A stretch of 64,000 nucleotides of DNA from Eimeria praecox (taxonomy: Eukaryota), in assembly GCA_963920595.1 (NCBI GenBank), contig OY986946.1, positions 1,054,001 to 1,118,000 on the forward strand. Reading direction: 5' to 3'. The position numbers were made by a program, and so were the translations under genes. The notes beneath the pieces are model-generated. The model saw only the letters and a program-made list of their open reading frames with translations. It was not told the origin of the DNA and did no database searches. Of the stretch, positions 52,626 through 64,000 are shown one piece after another (positions within the stretch are counted from its first letter, which is position 1; every line of letters starts with the position of its first letter).

Positions 52626-53356
52626 AACACATACCATACTCACACAACATACTACCATATAATCCATATACATACTCGGCAAAAACAAACTACACCCAAC
52701 CACACAACAACGCCTCCCCTTTCCTTTCCTCGCCCTAGCAATACACCTACGCCTCTCTTCTATCAACCGCACACTAAGCGGATCCCGACCGGGGAATTTT
52801 CTCTTCACAAACTCTTGCATAAGGGTAGCAGAAGTGGTAAGGAAGCTGCTTACTAGCCAGCTTGATGCTTGTGAGCCAACACGCACAGGTATGTTGGCTT
52901 GGTTGTGAAGTGACCGGAGTTGCGCAGGAGTTTGTGTCCAAATGGTGATGAGGTGGGGACGGTGAGTACACAGGAGGGGAATGATGGGCATGAGGCTTGC
53001 AAGGGTTTCTTTGGAGAGTTGAGAGCATGTGTGTTAGGGGTGGGGATACTGTATGCACCGGTGTGCTTGGAGTGGAGTGATGAGGATGCGACGGCATGAA
53101 GTATTTGTGGAGCGGTTGCTTGTCTTAAGGCGGTGAGGTTTGTGTGTATGTACGTGTGTCTAGAGGAAGCATGTGCATGTGAGGATATGATATGGGTATG
53201 TGAATGATTGCATTGCGTAGCGATAGCGTGGATGAGGAGCGCATGAGCATAGGAAAGATGCCGTGATGATCCCGATGTATTGCTTGTGCATATATAGACA
53301 GAATAGAGTCCTTGGGCACGCAAAGGGATTGGTTGTGTGTGCATGGATAGAAAAAG

Positions 53357-53479
53357 AGGCCGTCATCACCCAAAGGGATTCCCGCGGAGTCCTTCACCGC
53401 AGTACTAACCGGGCCTTGCGCCGCTTAACTTCGGAGTTCAGATGGGATCCGGTGCATTCGACGCAGTATGAACGACGGC
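53357..53479 (-). rRNA. 5S rRNA: 5S rRNA copy 50 (box C damaged)
   Basis: Array consensus with G86A and G87A (TT at 53393-53394 on + strand). Confidence 0.93.
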
Positions 53480-53945
53480 AACACATACCATACTCACACA
53501 ACATAATACCATATAATCCATATACATACTCGACAAAAACAAACTACACCCAACCACACAACAACGCCTCCCCTTTCCTGTCCTCGCCCTAGCAATACAC
53601 CTACGCCTCTCTTCTATCAACCGCACACTAAGCGGATCCCGACAGGGGAATTTTCTCTTCACAAACTCTTGCATAAGGGTAGCAGAAGTGGTAAGGAAGC
53701 TGCTTACTAGCCAGCTTGATGCTTGTGAGCCAACACGCACAGGTATGTTGACTTGGTTGTGAAGTGATCGGAGTTGCGCAGGAGTTTGTGTCCAAATGGT
53801 GATGAGGTGGGGACGGTGAGTACACAGGAGGGGAATGATGGGCATTAGGCTTGCAAGGGTTTCTTTGGAGAGTTGAGAGCATGTGTGTTAGGGGTGGGGA
53901 TACTGTATGCACCGGTGTGCTTGGAGTGGAGTGATGAGGATGCCA

Positions 53946-53967
53946 TCGACGCAGTATGAACGACGGC
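53946..53967 (-). pseudogene. Truncated 5S remnant (first 22 nt only)
   Basis: Net 366-bp deletion joins spacer GAGGATGC via CA to TCGACGCAGTATGAACGACGGC. Confidence 0.92.
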
Positions 53968-54698
53968 AGCACATACCATACTCACACAACATACTACCAT
54001 ATAATCCATATACATACTCGACAACAACAAACTACACCCAACCACACAACAACGCCTCCCCTTTCCTTTCCTCGCCCTAGCAATACACCTACGCCTCTCT
54101 TCTATCAACCGCACACTAAGCGGATCCCGACAGGGGAATTTTCTCTTCACAAACTCCTGCATAAGGGTAGCAGAAGTGGTAAGGAAGCTGCTTACTAGCC
54201 AGCTTGATGCTTGTGAGCCAACACGCACAGGTATGTTGGCTTGGTTGTGAAGTGATCGGAGTTGCGCAGGAGTTTGTGTCCAAATGGTGATGAGGTGGGG
54301 ACGGTGAGTACACAGGAGGGGAATGATGGGCATTAGGCTTGCAAGGGTTTCTTTGGAGAGTTGAGAGCATGTGTGTTAGGGGTGGGGATACTGTATGCAC
54401 CGGTGTGCTTGGAGTGGAGTGATGAGGATGCGACGGCATGAAGTATTTGTGGAGCGGTTGCTTGTCTTAAGGCAGTGAGGTTTGTGTGTATGTACGTGTG
54501 TCTAGAGGAAGCATGTGCATGTGAGGATATGATATGGGTATGTGAATGATTGCATTGCGTAGCGATAGCGTGGATGAGGAGCGCATGAGCATAGGAAAGA
54601 TGCCGTGATGATCCCGATGTATTGCTTGTGCATATATAGACAGAATAGAGTCCTTGGGCACGCAAAGGGATTGATTGTGTGTGCATGGATAGAAAAAG

Positions 54699-54821
54699 AG
54701 GCCGTCATCACCCAAAGGGATTCCCGCGGAGTCCCCCACTGCAGTACTAACCGGGCCTTGCGCCGCTTAACTTCGGAGTTCAGATGGGATCCGGTGCATT
54801 CGACGCAGTATGAACGACGGC
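54699..54821 (-). rRNA. 5S rRNA: 5S rRNA copy 51 (last)
   Basis: Array consensus with G82A. Confidence 0.95.
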
Positions 54822-55694
54822 AACACATACCATACTCACACAACATACTACCATATAATCCATATACATACTCGACAAAAACAAACTACACCCAACCACA
54901 CAACAACGCCTCCCCTTTCCTGTCCTCGCCCTAGCAATACACCTACGCCTCTCTTCTATCAACCGCACACTAAGCGGATCCCGACCGGGGGATTTTCTCG
55001 TCAGCAACTCTTGCATAAGGGTAGCAGAAGTGGTAAGGAAGCTGCTTACTAGCCAGCTGTATATTCTTGCAGGGGATTGGGGGGACGTTGCAGTTGCAGG
55101 ATGCGTTTGAGTTTCTTAACTGGGAATCGGAGATGTTGCCAGTGTGGAAGGGAAGCCCATCCAGTTGTACAAGCCCTGTGGCCGCTAATGCGTTATGTAT
55201 CGGTCGAACGTTCAGTGCTTTCATGGAAGCCTCATTACTAGTAGTGTTGTTTATCAGGCAGGCCAGGGAAAAAGTGATAGATGCAAATATCCACGATGCA
55301 ACGTTGGTTGGTATTCGCATGCGTTCATTTTCTGTGAAGGTCCACGCGAGTTTGCTAGTATTCGTGGAGGCTACGGGAAAGCACAAAGCCTTTCCCAGTT
55401 TTTTCGTGTTCGCTCTACTTCTTTTAGGTGCTAGGAAGAAGCGGCATTAGAAATTTAGGTTCCCAAATAAATACCCTTCGCCGTCCCATCGGTTAATTAT
55501 GTCTGCCTTCTTCTTCTACTTCATTCAGAGCACCAAGACTAGTTAAACTGAAAAAGATATGGAAAGCTTCGAATATCTGGTTCCATCCGTACATTTCTCC
55601 CACCTAGGATGTTCACTCCACCAGCAATTTGGTGGAGTGGTTTACCCGCCCTCTACGTGTAAAAGGCCCTCTACTTGCGATCACTCTGTGTCAA

Positions 55695-55727
55695 AGGTTT
55701 GGGGGTTTAGGCCTCAGGGTTTAAGGT

Positions 55728-55734
<7 letters not shown>
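55695..55734 (+). repeat. Short degenerate telomere-like heptamer tract (GGGTTTA-type)
   Basis: AGGTTTG GGGGTTTA GGCCTCA GGGTTTA AGGTTCA GGGG, overlapping the GCN5 stop codon and 3' UTR. Confidence 0.5.
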
Positions 55735-59782
<4,048 letters not shown>

Positions 59783-62700
59783 TGTTTGAAGGAGACACTG
59801 CCGTTTCTTCTCATAGTGCTGAAGTTCAGCAGCTTGCCGCCCTTCCACTCATGGCCAGCAGATCTTCGCGTTCCGAAGACGTAGTAGTCTCCGCTGCCGC
59901 TGCTAAAACTACTCGCGTTGTTGCAGCAGCACCTGCTGCGCTGCTTGCTGCGGCTGGGTGATCCGTTGGGGCGGCGTCACTGGCGAATACAACAGAGTTA
60001 GCTGACAAGCTAACGCTTGTGACTCACGACCGAACTCTACGGCTACTACCACGGAAGCTATGGCTGTTTCCGTTGCCCCTGTCGCTGGTTTTTCGCTGTT
60101 GTTTTCATCCCTGGTCTCTCGCTAGGACACCACCCCCTACTGGTGCTGCCACGGAGCGGAAAGTAGGTGCAGGATACGAATGAGCCGCCTTCACCGCTTA
60201 AAGGCCCTGATCGGGCTGAATAATTACCCGAGAAAGAAGGCCCGTGGCTACAGGCTTGAGGCCTGATGAAGCATCGGGCAACACCACAGCAAGGCTGCGC
60301 CAGCAAATCTACCCTGCCTCACCATATGCAACTTAGGTGGTTTGTGAAAATAGGAAATGCAAAGGAGCTAAACCAATGAGAAAATGAGGATGAAAATGCT
60401 GTTCTGTCCATGCACGATGCATGATGGGAAAATGTTGGGGGGCCCCCGCCCGTGGTACCCTGCAGCGAGCTCCTCCAACTCAAATGGTACATACACATAT
60501 TGTTGATGCTAATATAGGTGCAATGCGCATCAAGCACATAGAATTTGATGAAAGTGCTTATAAGCTCCCAAAGCACACTATTTACCAGGCTCCGGACTTC
60601 TCCAGACAAACTGCGCTGTTGGTCTTTTGCAGCCATATGGCGAACTGTGCCATTGGGCTCAACCGCCCCCCAATACTGCCACTAATGTCTTATTAGTACT
60701 GCTATGGAGGCAGTTCTGGTATACCTAGATATTTGAGCTTGCTGTAACCCCACACTTGTTCTATTGTTGATTGCTCCCGCTTGTTAAGTAAGGCCCGCTG
60801 TACCGGGAGTCGTCGATCGTATCCGGGTACCGGCAGGTGTTGCAGTAATCCAGACGGAAAAATCGTCATAAGGGTTCCCAAGAAAGCAGATGGTCTCCCT
60901 TCCAGTATTCAGCCATCCTGTGCAAAGACGCGCAAGTTCCAGGGGCTTGCTTGCTGAGAGCAGTTGTCCTATCATGAATTGCAAAACGAGTTGGTGCAAT
61001 TTTTGCTGCCGGGCAGCATCGCATGCAAGAGTACCCCAGCCTCTGCTGATTCATTCACTAGAACATTAAGCAATTGTTTAACCCTTACGCCTGTTTGGCC
61101 CCAGTGACTAATCGGCCCCCAAGGAAAAATGTGCGTACTAACGTGCAAACATCAGGCACGACATACTTCATCTGCATCCCCATCTGCCCCAGCCAACCCT
61201 TGCCCTCTACCCATCCAGGTATTGTGGAGACACTGGAGGAGAGGCGATTCCAGGTGGGGCCAGAGCTCCCAACTAGGGAAGGCAGAGGAAATTAGCGAAG
61301 AGGGCTAACGATATTTGCTGCTGCTGCTTCCATCTGTTGTTGCTTGTAGTCCCTTGGCGACTCTTTCTGGTGGTTTGTGATCGGGAAAGTACCAGCAGTA
61401 TCGTTTGCCTCTTCGATTTACTGCTGAAGCAGCTGCTGCAGGGATGGGAAAGTCTTCTGCTGCAGTGGTGGCAGTATGGCCTCCTTCAGCTCTGGCTGCA
61501 CCAGCAGCTGATGCAGCACTCAGCAGCTCTTGCTGCTCTTCCACTGCTTGCTGCTACTGCAGAACGTGTTGCTCCTCGTGTTCCATTTTTTGTTTGTGGT
61601 TCATCTCTTGCAGCTGCAGCGGCATCTCTTAGTGCTGCCGTGTATTTAGGGTTGCAGAAGAAGTATTGCCCTTTCCACTTTTCTCAGTTTGAAACAACTC
61701 CTGCAGCTCATTTGTGGCAGGTGATGCTGTTAGTGCTGGTGATGCGATATATCACAAAGGAAAGGTAATTGGCGCTGGAGCTCACGCACGTGGAAGGATA
61801 TGCGTTCCTCTGCATACGTGGTAGTGCAGTTGTCAGCCAAAGGTTGACACTGAAATCATAGGGACGTGCGTAACGACACACATGGATCACCAAAGACAAG
61901 AAATTTACGCCCAATGACCCGGCTAGTCGACAACTCTGGCGGGTTTCTTAGGACTGTTCGTGCGGGCTAAGCTACAGAAGTAGCCGCGGGCCTCCCTTGT
62001 GAATCAGCAGCGGCGACTAGAACCACGGAAGTGCACAGGGCGGGGTAAAATTGAGCAGCGTAGTTTTGGTTATCTCTGTGCGTCGTTACGCACGCGCCTA
62101 TAATCTCAGTGTCGTCCAGTTGCTCCATCTCGTAATGGCATTGCTGCCACTTTGTGGGGAGGGCGCGAGGATGTTTTGATGTTTCCCTGAGCGCTTTTAG
62201 AAAACCAACAAGGTCCTCAAGTCCTTGATTGTCTTGCAGCTCTCAGCGGTCCGCAGCTATGGCGTAGGACCCTCGCCATGCAGCTGGCCTTCCTCCCAGT
62301 CCCCTTGCGTCCGTCGCCCAGTGGCTCAAGGGTGTGGGGCTTGTGCGGAGGTGAATCAGCCTGCCTTGAGCTGCACTGCTGCAACTAATGCTCCAGGGTA
62401 ACCCGACGAGCAAGCACAGTGCCCTTGCTGCATGCGCTAAATGTAACATGCTTTTCCTTATATTTGTGCTCGTATCCCAACATTTTCGCAGGCCCACTAT
62501 GGAGGGCCAACCAAGTGTTTAACGACTGTCTGCACAACAGTTTGCAATGTCACCTCATGCAGCAAAAGGACCAGTTGTGCGTCTACGTAGGGCTGCCTTA
62601 CAGCACTAGCTGCAGCATTGCCGCAGCCCGTGACAGATCTGCCCGTGCTCCCATTAGCCCAGGCCCTTGAGCCTCTGCGCCAAAGGCGGCGGGAGGCTCG

Positions 62701-64000
62701 AGGGGGAGTTGATTGCTACTTGCGAACTCAACAATGCAGCCCATCGCAGTCCTCAGCAAAGATCGAGGGCTCTCGTCCCACTGAAATTGTAAAAAGTTCT
62801 TAAGCACTCGCTTGGCACCCAACTGCACTCAACTGCAAGCTTGATACAAGTACCAGGTCTACGCACGCCATGGTTTAATAGCTAATGGAGAGATACCCAG
62901 AAGCCTCCCATGGAGGTCACGACAGTAAACTCTTGCACGCCACTGTTGGGCAAGTGAGCACAGAAATGCACCAATATACAAGGGAATTAACTATAGTAAC
63001 TTTACAAACCAGTAGAGCATATTTCCTTCCGCACATTCCCTCGGCCCCAACACCGTGTTGCCACTCATCCGACCCGACCATTGCTTGTAGCCTTGACTTT
63101 CCCCGCCTTTATCCTCTCCGGTTGTTCCATTATTAAAGGACAAGCTTAAGTATTTTTGTTGGGAAGTGGAAAAATGAAAAATAGCGAAGGGCCTTGTTTC
63201 GGCTCGACCATTTGCCATGCATGTAGTGATGTGTCTGCTTAGCGGTTGAAGGGTCTGCATGTGTGCGTAATTTCGGCTAAAAAGATCGCACGCATTATGT
63301 TTACTTGGATTTTTAATATTGCGTACTAAATATGCTGCATACAGTATTTCGTGTGTACAAATACATACTTATGTCTGGCTGCTGCCGCCACATGGGCTTA
63401 AAATCTGAAATGCGTTGTATGATTGGTTGTTTGTTACAACACAAACAAGCTGCAGGAAATCGAGCAAGCTGTGCGTATAAAGATATTCGCTTCTTTTCGA
63501 ATGATATGCCCCAGCAATAATCAACGCGCCTTCTGCTGACTTTCCTCCATACCCGTTACTTTCTCCCGCGCTCGATCGCTACCTCCATATTTGCGATGGA
63601 TGCTTCGGGCTTTCCAACGAGGACAGATTTCGACGAAAATGGGAAGAGCCCGTCGAGCAGATTGAGGCACAAGAGGCCCCTCTCGTCTATACTTCCTTCC
63701 GCACCCACATCGAGTGCTAGAACAAGTCCCCGAGTCACGCATCACCGATCCCGTGGAGAGAATGAGGGGACAACGAACGTCGTTAACTTCTCATCTGTAG
63801 CGTGTCCAGCACCAGCAGAAGCAGCAACAGCAACGATAGCACCCACGAATTCGTCAAGTTCCTCGTCAGCCCCTTGGGGTTTGTCTCTGAGCGAAGGTTT
63901 GGACTTTTGTAGGGATGGAGCTGCTCTCCTCCGGCAACTTTACCAGCGCATCGAGGCAACAGGCCAGCAGCTGGGTGCTGCCACTTCCCTCCCCACCTTT

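Larger units (their letters stand above)
10934..55058 (-). repeat. Canonical 5S rDNA tandem array, 854-bp unit, 51 complete genes plus one deleted unit
   Basis: Strict 854-bp periodicity from 11511 to 53357, one unit shorter by 366 bp, last gene at 54699-54821. Confidence 0.98.

Noticed and set aside
10753..55052. Hundreds of 60-160 aa His/Thr/Pro-rich ORFs repeating every 854 bp
   Set aside because: They overlap 5S genes in several frames, reflect the CA/GT skew, show no recognisable domain, and gain or lose stops freely between units
1407..55058. CRISPR array or transposon interpretation of the repeats
   Set aside because: Whole units are near-identical with no unique spacers; no cas, transposase or reverse transcriptase ORF, terminal repeats or target-site duplications
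61900..64000. Short ORFs and a possible gene end at the right edge
   Set aside because: No recognisable domain and no frame could be chosen; any gene would extend beyond the window

Overview
Eukaryotic genomic window, most likely from a coccidian apicomplexan (Eimeria/Cyclospora-like). That placement is inferred from the CAG/GCA-rich low-complexity coding sequence, GT-AG introns, degenerate GGGTTTA heptamers and an apicomplexan-style GCN5. About 54 kb is two adjacent, convergent RNA polymerase III gene arrays. (1) ~1407-10925: seven 1364-bp units, each with an identical tRNA-Leu(TAA) gene followed 389 nt later, on the same + strand, by a strongly diverged 5S rRNA-like gene (about 19 substitutions in 123 nt versus the main type). 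There is no T4+ terminator between the two, and the spacer is hairpin-rich, so this is a candidate tRNA-driven polycistronic Pol III unit. (2) ~10934-55058: an 854-bp canonical 5S rDNA array on the - strand with 51 full genes and one deleted unit, showing 2-unit and 4-unit higher-order repeats. The 1364-bp unit looks like a rearranged (locally inverted) derivative of the 854-bp unit that captured a tRNA gene. Right of the arrays lies an 8-exon GCN5 histone acetyltransferase gene (- strand, HAT domain plus bromodomain). Almost all listed ORFs within the arrays are spurious.
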